Positions 20,347-30,500 of a stretch of DNA of 64,000 bases are shown one piece after another. Source of the stretch: a virus. The notes beneath the pieces are model-generated. The model worked only from the letters and a program-made list of their open reading frames with translations, was not told the DNA's origin and made no database searches. The position numbers and the translations under genes are program-made. Every line of letters starts with the position of its first letter. The stretch's first letter is position 1. Where the stretch lies: positions 96,001 through 160,000 of IMG/VR virus record IMGVR_UViG_3300029319_009044. One strand, given 5' to 3'.

Positions 20347-20721
20347 TTATCTTATTGGATTAGAGCTAAAGAACTGAGTCCTATAATAAAGAGTACCAGC
20401 TCCAGTACCAGTTTTAGCTGAAACTTGATTAACGTTAGTTAAACCTCTTAAAGTAATACTGTCATTATCATCAAGTAAAAAACCTCTGCTTACATTTATA
20501 GCTTCGGCATCACCCCAAGCATCTGATCTATCAAATAAAGTAACTGTTTGACCTGTCTTATTTACTATGTATACTTCTGAGCATAATTGACCTAAAAATG
20601 GTTTAACTGAATCAACACCTGATAAACGAGTCATACCTGTAGTTACACGAATATTAAATGATCTACACTCATTATTATTAAAATATGTACTTCCGTTATT
20701 AGTAGTTAGAGCTTCTGGCAT
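20347..20721 (-). CDS. Hypothetical beta-rich late protein (possible virion component)
   Basis: 124 aa ORF preceded by TAAATA-N5-ATG. Confidence 0.55.
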   Translation of the reverse strand: MPEALTTNNGSTYFNNNECRSFNIRVTTGMTRLSGVDSVKPFLGQLCSEVYIVNKTGQTVTLFDRSDAWGDAEAINVSRGFLLDDNDSITLRGLTNVNQVSAKTGTGAGTLYYRTQFFSSNPIR

Positions 20722-20754
20722 ATTATTATTTATGCTAGAATAAATAATTTTATG
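20719..20754. promoter_or_regulatory. Back-to-back divergent late promoters
   Basis: CAT-attat-TATTTA-tgctagaa-TAAATA-atttt-ATG. Confidence 0.65.
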
Positions 20755-21984
20755 GCACTTGCATGTACTATTCAGCCTCTTTCAGCATTTTTATCTACTA
20801 ATTTAAATTCTAAAGTAGAGACTTACGATAGACTCGGAGATAGAATTAAAAGAGCTCTAGGTTACCCGATAGTAAGTTTAGAGATTCATACTGATCAATT
20901 AAGAGAAAATATTCAAATAGCAGTAGAATATTTTACTAAATATGCTGGGTTTACACAAGAATATCTAATCTTTGATTCTAATATGTATGAAAAAAATAAA
21001 GGTATTCGTTTAGATTTATTATATACGTTAGCTAATACAAATTTAACTACTAATGCAAGAAAAGTAGCTGGTACTAATCCATTAGGACCGGGGCCTGAAT
21101 TTATAGGCTCAACTCCTGAATCAGTTTATGTAAGTACATCATCAATATTATCAGGTAATTTTCATACATCAAAGTACCCAGTATATTCTGGTAGTACTGC
21201 AGTTTTATCAGGCTCTCTTTCAGCCACATTTACTCCTTTAACTGGAGGTCAAAACGGTATTAGGAAATTTGAATTGTTTGATCAAACATTAGTCTCAACT
21301 ATTACATCTCTTAAAACAACAAGTGGTTCACTTTTAGGTCAATCGCTATCGAGTCACTTTACAAAAACCACTAGACAAACTATAACTCAACAAGGATCAG
21401 CTTCAGAAGCTGTTTCTTTTCAAAATGTATTTGATTACGATATTATGGATTATAGAAAAGTAGTTGATGTTACTGACTTTGAAGAAGGTTCCACTACTGG
21501 TATTAATACATTGTTTACATTAGAGCAAACTCTAGCTCAACAAACGTATTTTAGTTATGCTATGGGTAATTATGGATTTGATTTAATTTCGTGGTATACA
21601 TTAAAAAATTGGATAGATACTCGTGAAAAGGTATTAGCTATAAAAAGAGACGTAAAATTTGATGCTCGAACTCAGTATATGACAATGTACCCACAACCTG
21701 GTAACGAAAGATTTTACGGAGTCGTTTCATGTTATTTAGAAAAACCTATAAGAAATGTTATTATGGAACAATGGGTTTATGAATATTCACTAGCTCTTTC
21801 AATGATAACTATAGGAAGAGTAAGAGGTAAGTTTGGTTCAGTTAATCTTTTAGGTGGAGGTGCTCTTAATTATGATTTACTTCAAGAAGGTCAGCAGAAA
21901 AAAGCTGAATTAGAGCAAAAATTATTAGATGGAGCATCACCTGGACTTGGCGATTCTGATCCTACAATGTTCTTTGTCGGGTAA
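20752..21984 (+). CDS. Neck protein (T4 gp13-like) with an S/T-rich insertion
   Basis: IKRALGYPIVSLE...QL...I..AVEYF; WVYEYSLAL...IGRVRGKF..V.L.GG..LN; MFFVG end. Confidence 0.85.
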   Translation: MALACTIQPLSAFLSTNLNSKVETYDRLGDRIKRALGYPIVSLEIHTDQLRENIQIAVEYFTKYAGFTQEYLIFDSNMYEKNKGIRLDLLYTLANTNLTTNARKVAGTNPLGPGPEFIGSTPESVYVSTSSILSGNFHTSKYPVYSGSTAVLSGSLSATFTPLTGGQNGIRKFELFDQTLVSTITSLKTTSGSLLGQSLSSHFTKTTRQTITQQGSASEAVSFQNVFDYDIMDYRKVVDVTDFEEGSTTGINTLFTLEQTLAQQTYFSYAMGNYGFDLISWYTLKNWIDTREKVLAIKRDVKFDARTQYMTMYPQPGNERFYGVVSCYLEKPIRNVIMEQWVYEYSLALSMITIGRVRGKFGSVNLLGGGALNYDLLQEGQQKKAELEQKLLDGASPGLGDSDPTMFFVG

Positions 21985-22421
21985 TGAACAAGTGGCGACA
22001 AGGTATATTTATACCTAAAAATTCTCATAAATTTATAGGTGATAAAGCTATTTATAGATCCGGATTAGAATTAAAATTTTTTCGATTCTGTGATAATAAT
22101 AATAATGTTAAAAAATGGGGTAGCGAAAATGTAATAGTACCATATTATAACCCTTTAGATAATAAAGGTCATAAGTATTACGTTGATAATTATATTGAAA
22201 TTTTAGAAGGTAATAAATTAGTTAAATACTTAGTAGAAATAAAACATTCAAGGGAAACAAAACCACCAAGAACGAAGTATAGAAACCGTAAACATCTAAT
22301 TTATGAACAAAAAACTTTTGTAACTAATCAAGCAAAATGGAAAGCAGCTAAAGAATATAGTAAAAAAAGAGGGTATAAGTTTATTATTTTAACAGAAAAA
22401 GAGCTTATTTTTAAAAGATGA
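21984..22421 (+). CDS. Head completion nuclease (T4 gp4-like, TnsA-like fold)
   Basis: G.F.PKN..KF.G, YRSGLE..FF.FCD, WGSE...PY, YYVD, VEIK, NQAKWKAA, FIILTE. Confidence 0.9.
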   Translation: MNKWRQGIFIPKNSHKFIGDKAIYRSGLELKFFRFCDNNNNVKKWGSENVIVPYYNPLDNKGHKYYVDNYIEILEGNKLVKYLVEIKHSRETKPPRTKYRNRKHLIYEQKTFVTNQAKWKAAKEYSKKRGYKFIILTEKELIFKR

Positions 22422-22433
22422 ATAAATAATTGT

Positions 22434-23099
22434 ATGGCTTTAAAACTTAATTTAGTTGTAGAAAAACCTGACATAAACGATGAGTTCGAATATATTGAAG
22501 AACAAGCAGATAGAAATGCTGAATCGAGTCTTTTTATAAAAGGTCCTTATATGATGGCAGAAGGTGTAAATCGTAATAATAGGCTTTACCCTTTAGATGA
22601 ATTAAAAAGAGAAACTGAACGTTATATTGAAGAAATGGTTAAACCGGGAAGAGCTATGGGAGAACTTAATCACCCAACTACAGCAGATGTAGATCTAGAA
22701 AGAGCATGTCATATGGTTACTGAATTAACACAAGAAGGTAATATATTCTATGGTAAATCTAAAGTTCTATCAACTCCTTGCGGGCAGGTAGTAAGATCGC
22801 TTATAAATGATGGAGTAAAAGTAGGTATGTCTTCAAGAGCTTTGGGAACTTTAGAAGAGGGATCAGATCACAGTACAGTTAAAAATATGAAACTGGTTGC
22901 TATTGATTGTGTAGCTGATCCATCTTATCCAAGTGCTTTTGTAGATGGAATTTTAGAATCTAAACAATGGGTTGTCACAGGTGATAATAGATATGAAGAA
23001 ATATATGAAGATTTTGAAAAATCTATAAAAACATTACCTAAAAAAGAAGTAGATTCATTTTTACGTAACAGAATTTTAAACTTTATTAAATCTTTATAA
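22434..23099 (+). CDS. Prohead protease (T4 gp21-like)
   Basis: NRNNRLYP, AMGELNHP, GMSSRALG, DCVADPS. Confidence 0.95.
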   Translation: MALKLNLVVEKPDINDEFEYIEEQADRNAESSLFIKGPYMMAEGVNRNNRLYPLDELKRETERYIEEMVKPGRAMGELNHPTTADVDLERACHMVTELTQEGNIFYGKSKVLSTPCGQVVRSLINDGVKVGMSSRALGTLEEGSDHSTVKNMKLVAIDCVADPSYPSAFVDGILESKQWVVTGDNRYEEIYEDFEKSIKTLPKKEVDSFLRNRILNFIKSL

Positions 23100-23110
23100 T
23101 AAATAATATT

Positions 23111-23257
23111 ATGGCTAATCAAAAAAACAAAATTATAAAGTTTATTCAAGAACTTTCTAGTAAAAATTATGCCGAGGCACATAAATATTTAAAGAGCGTA
23201 ATTGAAGACAAGATTACAAAGAAAATCAATAACGCTACAGAAAAACCACTCTTTTAA
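23111..23257 (+). CDS. Small prohead core-like protein (48 aa)
   Basis: Manual translation MANQKNKIIKFIQELSSKNYAEAHKYLKSVIEDKITKKINNATEKPLF; TAAATA-N5-ATG upstream; lies between protease and scaffold. Confidence 0.6.
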   Translation: MANQKNKIIKFIQELSSKNYAEAHKYLKSVIEDKITKKINNATEKPLF

Positions 23258-23258
23258 T

Positions 23259-24113
23259 ATGAAAAACGAAAAATCATTACCCGAGCAGGCAGAAGAAGTA
23301 CTTACTGAAGATTCAGTAAAAGAAATAGAAACTGCCATTGAAGAAAAAATTCAATTATCAGTTGAAGCAGCACTGACTAATCAAGACGAGTTATATGCAG
23401 AAAAACTTGAAGAGTTAGTAACAGCAATTGATAAAGATCATACTGATAAATTAAAAAGAGTGGTTGAAGCAGTAGATCATAATAACGCTAATAAGCTTGT
23501 ACATGTAGTTAAAAAGTATGAAAATGAACTTAACGATAAAGCAGATTCATTTAAAAATACTTTAGTAGAAAGTGTTTCAGATTATTTAGATGAATATCTA
23601 GAAGAGTCAGTTCCAACACAAGCTATTGAAGAAGCTACTAAAAATAGAACAGCTAGAGAAGTTCTTTCTAATTTAAGAAAGGTACTTGCTGTTGATTCAA
23701 GTCTTATGAGTGAGTCAGTCAAAGAAGCGGTATTAGATGGTAAAACTCAAATTGATGAATTAACCTCTAAAGTTGATGAATTACATAAAGAAAATGTACT
23801 TCTAAAAGAAGCTTATGATAAGCAAACTTCTACTTTACTGTTAGAAAATAAAACTGCAGGTATAAATGGTAAGAAGAAAGAATATCTACTTAAGATTTTA
23901 AGTGATAAATCGCCTAAGTTTATTGAAGAGAATTTCGAATATACTTGTAAATTGTTTGATAAAAAAGAAAATGAAAGACTTTCAGTACTAAAAGAGGAAG
24001 CATACAAAAAGCGTAAAGTTAAAACAGATGCTCCAGTACAACCAATTACAGAGGAGAAAAAGCCTGAGATTTCTAACCCTTATTTAGCGGAATTAAAAAG
24101 ATCTCACAAATAA
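23259..24113 (+). CDS. Prohead scaffold protein (T4 gp22-like)
   Basis: Acidic coiled-coil, LVESVSDYLD motif, immediately upstream of the major capsid gene; start moved to ATG 23259. Confidence 0.8.
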   Translation: MKNEKSLPEQAEEVLTEDSVKEIETAIEEKIQLSVEAALTNQDELYAEKLEELVTAIDKDHTDKLKRVVEAVDHNNANKLVHVVKKYENELNDKADSFKNTLVESVSDYLDEYLEESVPTQAIEEATKNRTAREVLSNLRKVLAVDSSLMSESVKEAVLDGKTQIDELTSKVDELHKENVLLKEAYDKQTSTLLLENKTAGINGKKKEYLLKILSDKSPKFIEENFEYTCKLFDKKENERLSVLKEEAYKKRKVKTDAPVQPITEEKKPEISNPYLAELKRSHK

Positions 24114-24195
24114 TTTCACCCCTGAACAATGAGGTGCTTGCCACCTGAGTAACTTGGGACTAGATCCCATGAGGTAAAATGAAAGGAAACGTCTA
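24114..24195 (+). other. Structured 5' leader of the major capsid gene
   Basis: Hairpins AGGTG-cttgc-CACCT (24132-24146) and TGGGA-ctaga-TCCCA (24155-24169), twin ATGAGGT, SD-like AAAGGAAA. Confidence 0.5.
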
Positions 24196-25692
24196 ATGAA
24201 TAAACCACAATCATTTATTGATAGAGATAGAGCAGATTCACTTCTTGAGAAGTGGGCACCTGTTCTTGAGTACTCTTCCGATAGTGTTAAGCCCATTGAA
24301 GACGATCACACCCGCCTTAATACTGCTATTCTTCTTGAGAACCAAGAGCAGTGGTGTATTGAGGAAGCCAATTCCGCTGGTAACGGCGGAGCTCTTGGTA
24401 GTGGTGGTACTAACTCTGGTATTTATAATCCAACAGCTGCTGGTAACTCCTATGTAGGAGCTCCTAACGCTGATACTTATGCTGCTGGAGATGCTCGTCT
24501 TCCTAAAGTGCTTATCCCAATGATTCGTCGTACGTTCCCTGAGCTTATTACTAACGAAATCGTCGGTGTTCAGCCAATGTCTGGTCCTGTTGGATTAGCA
24601 TTTGCTCTTCGCTACGCTTATCAGTCTACTACTCTTGGTAGTGGTATTGATGGTGGTGCTTCCGGCGGTGGAAGTGGTGCTGGTATTTCGCATGCTAAGT
24701 ATGCGGGAGCTGGTGGACTTCCTGGTGATGAGCTTGGATACCAGCTTCTTGATACTCGCTTTACTGGTTCATCTGCTCACAATCTTAGTGGTGTAGGTGG
24801 TTACTGGGAATTCGCAGATCAAGATAAAGGTGTTGCGCAAATTCTTTCTGCTTTTGAAATCACTGGATCCATTCCTCAGGTTGAGGTTAAGTTCGAAAAG
24901 ACCGCAGTTGAGGCCGGTACACGCCGCCTTGGTGCTCGCTGGTCTGTTGAACTTGAGCAAGACCTTAAGAACATGAACGGTATTGATATTGATGCTGAGA
25001 TCACGAATGCTATGTCATACGAGATTCAAGCTGAGATCGACCGTGAAATGCTCATGAGAATGATTCAAGCTGCTTTCAGTGGTGGACTGAACAAAGGCTA
25101 CTCCGTATGGTCACCTGCTTCTGCAGATGGTCGTTGGATGGTCGAGCGTAATAGGGACTTTTATCAGCGTCTTATCATTGAAGCCAATCGTATTGCTGTA
25201 CGTAACAGACGTGGAGCTGCTAACTTTATTGTTGCTACTCCTCGTGTTTGCGCCATCCTTGAGATGCTCCCTGAATTCCAGTGGGTACCTGTACAGGGTG
25301 ATGTAAATACCCAGCCTGTTGGTATTGCTAAGGTTGGTTCGCTTGGTGGAAGATTCAACGTTTACCGTGATACTCGTACAGAGGTTCAGAATAGCACTAA
25401 CTACGGAGGTGACAACGCTGGTGAATACAGCGGTGGTACATCTGGAGTTGAATATGCACTCCTTGGTTACAAGGGACCTGAATTCTACGATACTGGTATC
25501 ATTTATTGTCCTTACATTCCTGTCATGGTTCAGAGAACTATCGGTCCTAACGACTTCGCTCCACGTGTTGGATTGCTTACTCGTTATGGTGTTGTTGACA
25601 ACATCTTCGGTGCTGATCTCTACTACCATGTCATTATTGTTCAGGGACTTGGTACTGCGTTTACGCCAGCTTCACAGTCGGTGTACTTCTAA
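24196..25692 (+). CDS. Major capsid protein (T4 gp23-like)
   Basis: LLEKWAPVL, LLENQ, LIPMIRR.FP.LI..EIVGVQPMSGPVGLAFALR, WSVELEQDL, EIDRE, YCPYIP, TRYG. Confidence 0.97.
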   Translation: MNKPQSFIDRDRADSLLEKWAPVLEYSSDSVKPIEDDHTRLNTAILLENQEQWCIEEANSAGNGGALGSGGTNSGIYNPTAAGNSYVGAPNADTYAAGDARLPKVLIPMIRRTFPELITNEIVGVQPMSGPVGLAFALRYAYQSTTLGSGIDGGASGGGSGAGISHAKYAGAGGLPGDELGYQLLDTRFTGSSAHNLSGVGGYWEFADQDKGVAQILSAFEITGSIPQVEVKFEKTAVEAGTRRLGARWSVELEQDLKNMNGIDIDAEITNAMSYEIQAEIDREMLMRMIQAAFSGGLNKGYSVWSPASADGRWMVERNRDFYQRLIIEANRIAVRNRRGAANFIVATPRVCAILEMLPEFQWVPVQGDVNTQPVGIAKVGSLGGRFNVYRDTRTEVQNSTNYGGDNAGEYSGGTSGVEYALLGYKGPEFYDTGIIYCPYIPVMVQRTIGPNDFAPRVGLLTRYGVVDNIFGADLYYHVIIVQGLGTAFTPASQSVYF

Positions 25693-25738
25693 TAGGAGTC
25701 ATCGCTGGTTGAAGCAGCAGTCGCAAGACACAATCACT

Positions 25739-25772
25739 AAACAGCAGAGCGAAAGCTCTGCTGTTTTTTTTT
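25739..25772 (+). terminator. Rho-independent terminator after the major capsid gene
   Basis: AAACAGCAGAGC-GAAA-GCTCTGCTGTTT followed by a T run. Confidence 0.92.
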
Positions 25773-25825
25773 ATTTTTATTGACATAAAGCTTATAAAAG
25801 AAGTTAAAAAGCTATAAATATTCAT

Positions 25826-26425
25826 ATGGCCGATTACACAGACATTAATAAAGCTTTTACAGACGCACTATACGGACAGCGTATTTCAGCAGATTCAACA
25901 AACACAGGTTTATCTGCATTTGGTTCTCCAGCACCACTTAACAATACTGATAGAAGTGATGGTAGAGGAGGATTTTTCTCTCTAAGTGCAGCTAATAATT
26001 CAATGCAACTATTATCTTCTTCTGAATATCATACATTTGCTGATGATCCGGTAGTTGGTCTACTTTATAACTTAGTTCCAACTGCTAGTGGTGCTCATAA
26101 ATTTACTCATCACCTTGCTGATCCAGTAACCGGAGGTGGTACTGCTGGCACTAACAAGCATGCTGCTGCTACTATTAAATTTGCAGGTACTTACTTTAAC
26201 GGTGGGTTCCATGGCAAACATAGAAAACTCGCTTTAGTTACTAAAAAGGGTAATACTATTTTCTATACTATTAATAAGCATGAAACAGCACATGGTAGAC
26301 ATACTTTCACACCTACTGGTTCAGCAGGATCAGACTTCAACCTAGGCCTTGGAGCTGGTGCAACTGGTGATCCTCCAGCTATTGGTGATAATATGCGTAG
26401 ATTAGTACAATTAGGTTATCGCTAA
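25826..26425 (+). CDS. Hypothetical late protein (possible capsid decoration protein)
   Basis: Follows the capsid gene; TATAAATA-N5-ATG; G/T/H-rich. Confidence 0.55.
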   Translation: MADYTDINKAFTDALYGQRISADSTNTGLSAFGSPAPLNNTDRSDGRGGFFSLSAANNSMQLLSSSEYHTFADDPVVGLLYNLVPTASGAHKFTHHLADPVTGGGTAGTNKHAAATIKFAGTYFNGGFHGKHRKLALVTKKGNTIFYTINKHETAHGRHTFTPTGSAGSDFNLGLGAGATGDPPAIGDNMRRLVQLGYR

Positions 26426-26459
26426 GCGTCTCCCTTATTCTCCACGTAATAAAGTATAT

Positions 26460-26708
26460 TTACAGCTGTTGATCTCGAGCTTGTCTTACTATCTCTATTT
26501 CATTATATAAAATATAATGATCTTGTTTATTACTGTCCCAATATGCTGATGCTGTAGCATAATCGCTAAAGTGATGCTCTTGCAAGAAGTTATCTGATAC
26601 TCTAAAGCCAGTATCATCTACTGTATATTCTACTAGATCTACGTAATAACCACTTAAAGGCTCTCTACGAGGATCGCATTTTGTTATATTCCAATCGTAT
26701 TCTTTCAT
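26460..26708 (-). CDS. Hypothetical protein (possible fibre chaperone)
   Basis: 82 aa, last gene of the fibre operon, coupled to the upstream stop. Confidence 0.5.
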   Translation of the reverse strand: MKEYDWNITKCDPRREPLSGYYVDLVEYTVDDTGFRVSDNFLQEHHFSDYATASAYWDSNKQDHYILYNEIEIVRQARDQQL

Positions 26709-27553
26709 TAGCTTATATTATAAAAGTCCATTATATTTTTTTCTAGAGCTGATTTTACAGTACTACAGTCTTCTCTATATACTAGTACCTCAGCAACCCT
26801 ACCATCAAGTGGATAAGCTGCGACACTACTAGCACCTCCTATACCATACACACCACCAGAATCATTACTCTCTAGAGGAGTGGTTCCAATAGAAGAACCG
26901 TCAATAGAAGGTTGCCAGTTACCTTGTGTAGAACCAGCTATACCTGTAAATAGATGTACATTTGTATCAGCTGTTTGATCTTCTGCATCAAAATCATCTG
27001 CGTATCCAAAGTTAAAATTACCTTGCCACCCACTAGGCATAAACCATCTACCATTATTATTAGTCCACCCTAAAGAAAGCATCATCTGCTGTGCACTAAA
27101 AGTTGTTGTATCAAATTGACCTACACAAAAAGAACTACATTCTCCAACGTTAATATCAGGTAATGCACTATTCAAAGGCATAAAATCATTACCACCATCA
27201 AAATCCATTGCTGGTAAGCCATTACACGTTTGTAATGTACCAGATGAATTTACAATTTCCGGCATGTTAAATCTAGAAGTTTGTGAGGCATCGTTACCGT
27301 TTCCACTCTGATCATATAATATTTTAACTCGAACTTTTCCTCCCCCACCAAATGTTGTTAATGTACCATCAATAATGTCAGTAACACTCATATCTTGTGT
27401 TGCTCCATTACTATCTTTATACGCCTGAATGATTGGCCCGTTATACGCTCTATTTAAATATCTTGCAGTACTATACATACCATACGCATCAGTAGAAAAT
27501 ATATCCATTAAAAGATCTCTCCTAGAACTAAGTATACCTGCTTTACTTCTCAT
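26708..27553 (-). CDS. Concanavalin A/LamG-like (arabinofuranosidase-B catalytic-like) lectin-domain virion protein
   Basis: YSTARYL..AYNGP.I, VKILYDQSGNG.DA.Q, FDG..D, LDGRVAEVLVY, LE.NI..FY. Confidence 0.65.
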   Translation of the reverse strand: MRSKAGILSSRRDLLMDIFSTDAYGMYSTARYLNRAYNGPIIQAYKDSNGATQDMSVTDIIDGTLTTFGGGGKVRVKILYDQSGNGNDASQTSRFNMPEIVNSSGTLQTCNGLPAMDFDGGNDFMPLNSALPDINVGECSSFCVGQFDTTTFSAQQMMLSLGWTNNNGRWFMPSGWQGNFNFGYADDFDAEDQTADTNVHLFTGIAGSTQGNWQPSIDGSSIGTTPLESNDSGGVYGIGGASSVAAYPLDGRVAEVLVYREDCSTVKSALEKNIMDFYNIS

Positions 27554-27556
27554 ATT

Positions 27557-30500
27557 TTATGCTGTTAAATCACCTGCTATTAGCCATTCGTCAGTAGCTA
27601 TTTTAGTTAACACTGCTGTACTATATTGGACACGAGTTTTTAATTCATTATCAGCTGAACGTGCTGTTACTCCAGAACCTGCTAATATTGTAACTTGACC
27701 TGCTCCTCCTTGAAATAGTGTAACTTCAGCTCCAACAGGGAAAGCTACCGAACTATTAGGAGGTATTGTCACGCATACTGCACTTGATTTATTCATTTCT
27801 ACTAATTTACCATGATCAGCTAATGCTAATGTATAATCAGCAGTATTACAGCTAATACCAACTGCTTGCCTTACCATTCCAGTAACACATACATTATTGT
27901 TAAATGTTGCAGTACCAGCATCAGAACCATCGATTGTGAGAGCAGTTATACCACTACCACCATCGTTAACTTGAAATTTTATATCACCGTTCAATATTGG
28001 ATTTTTTAAAAAGAAATGATCACTAGATTTGAATAAGTCAGCAAAATTTGTACCATCAGCTAGTAAGCAAATATTATTACCTGCAGCATCTAGATTAATA
28101 TCTCCACCTACATCAATATAAAAATCCCCAGCATCAGTAATATTAGACCCATTAAAAGTCATATCATCTACAACTAAAGAACCAGTTATAGTTGCATCTG
28201 CAACTACACTTAATCCATCTGCTGTAACAGTACCATCAAAGTATGCATCTTTAAATTCATTACTTGAACTACCTAAATCTATGCTATCATCAGCAACAGG
28301 TAGTATAGCTCCATCTGTAATTTTTAACTGTGTATCACCATCTGTACCACCAGAACCTAGATGTACTTCACCGCTAACAGAGGTTAAAATTAAATCACCG
28401 CTAGTAGTTTCATTTCTAATAACTACATCACCTAAAGCTGCACCATTAGAAAAGGCACCACCACCGCTAGGTATACCAATTCTAAGAACACCACTATCTG
28501 TAACACTACAGTTACAACCAGTAAGAATTGTACAGTTACCGCTACCTGCTGGATTTAATTGAAGAGATGTATTCCCTCCTGTAACACAAAGACGACCGGT
28601 TACTACTGTACCAGACGCATCTGTGTTAAGCATTGTTGATCCATTATGCATTAAGAAAGATGAACCACCATCGGTGAACTGTGCCATTGCATTACCATCA
28701 GTATCTTGCAAATAAATTGCAGGGCCATCTGTTTGTAGGTATAAACCTCCATCACCTATATCTTTTATATAACTATGGCTTCCATCGTGGTAAAGTTGTA
28801 GATCATTCCCACCACCTAAAGATAACCTTGTATTATCCGTCAGTTTTAACCTATCCTCTGACTGAACCCATCTTAAAAAACGATCTGCAGTAGCTCCATA
28901 AAACTTTACATCATAGCCTGTATCATTAACACCAACGGTTAGGGTACCATCTAGTTGTACATTCCCATCAATATCAACTGCATCAAGATTAGTAGTACCG
29001 TCGACGTCTAAATCAGTTCCAACATATAATTTTTTAGCTATTCCTACTCCACCTAGGAAACGAGCTGCTCCTGTAGATGAACTTGATGCATCAGTTGCAG
29101 TACAAACGCAAAATAATCCTGTTTCAACATCTAAGTTTCCAACTGATACATCATTCAAAGTTGAATTACTAACAACAGTAATATTGTCTAAGTGACCGGA
29201 TTTCCATCTAGCAGAACTAGTACCTAAATCTACATCACTATCTGTTTCAGGACCAAAAACACCATCAGAAACATAGACTTGTTCGGCGTTAGCAGCATAA
29301 AAATGTATTTCATCAGCTGTCTCGAAGTCAATCTTGGTCTGATCATCTTCACCTATCTTAAGATCAGTTGCAAGGATAGATGTTATACCTGTTTGAGCTG
29401 CAGTAACAGCAACATCGTTTGCATTAACTGTTATACCAGTTCCTGCACCAACTGCTAAATTACCCGATGAAGTAACAGAACCTGTTAATCCATCTCCGCC
29501 TCCTACACATGTTACTAAAGAAGATTTTCCATCTAATAAGTTAAGCTCTGCTGCTGTAGCATCAACTGCTGTACCATTAAGAACCAGCTTACTGTTACCC
29601 ATACAAACTTCATCTGCGAAAGTTGCCTTTTGTGTAGGAGATAAAGTTAAAGCATGAGTATCATTAGTAAATATAACAACTTCGCCATCGCTCTGACAAG
29701 ATCCTATATAAAACCCGTCGGCTCCTCCACCACTAGTTGGATCAGTTGTTCTTATTTCATAATCTACGGCACCAGTGTTATTCACAAATTGAATACTATG
29801 ATCATCATCATCTGTAGAATCAATTAAACATAACTTAGGTCCCCCGTTCTCAATACAAATATTACCACCGGTATGAATTGTATTATTAAAGCATGCCATA
29901 CCGGCATTAGACATATCTAATGTTAAAGCTGTTATAGTTGCCCCATCATCATTACCTTTAAATAATATGTCTTTATTGCTTGTTGCAGATTTGATAACGA
30001 AATCAGAAGATACCCTTTTGAAACTGCCAAATTCAGTACCGCCGTCTTTTAATATTATATCAGTTCCATCTGCATCAAGTATAATATCCCCACCAGCATC
30101 AATAGTAAGATCACCAGCATCTGATATAGTAGAATCGTTAATAGTAATATCATCTACAGTAAGAGTTGTAAGCGTACCTAAAGATGTTATATTGGTTTGA
30201 CTTGCTTGTGTTATACAACCACTGAAATTACCCGAAAATACTGTAGCTGTTACGGTTCCAGTAGAAGGGTTATAATGAAAATCACCATCTGATTCTAAAG
30301 CAACATTACCGGTTGAACCAGCATCAGCAATGAAAGGTATTAAGTCATTTTCATCTGTACTTTCATTGTCAGCTATATTCAACTTACAAGAGTTAGTAGC
30401 ATTTTGAGCATTAGTTACAGTAACTCCAGCAATAACCGTATTAAGTGCTGTACCACCTACTGTTATTGCATCCGCTTCAAGAGTGCCATCAAAATCACCA

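Noticed and set aside
21984-22421. TnsA-like nuclease as evidence of a Tn7 transposon
   Set aside because: Motifs and position in the head module fit T4 gp4 head-completion protein; no tnsB/tnsC or terminal repeats
24114-24195. Hammerhead ribozyme or preQ1 riboswitch in the capsid leader
   Set aside because: CTGA and GAAA are present but the CUGANGA core and required stems are not; no preQ1 aptamer consensus recognised
24093-25783. Several alternative-frame and antisense ORFs over the major capsid gene, including 25319..25783 running past its stop
   Set aside because: Explained by the strong codon bias of gp23; no motifs, and no slippery site recognised to support a frameshifted capsid extension
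25780-25810. TTGACA after the capsid terminator as a sigma70 promoter
   Set aside because: No -10 hexamer at 16-18 nt spacing; the downstream gene is better explained by TATAAATA-N5-ATG
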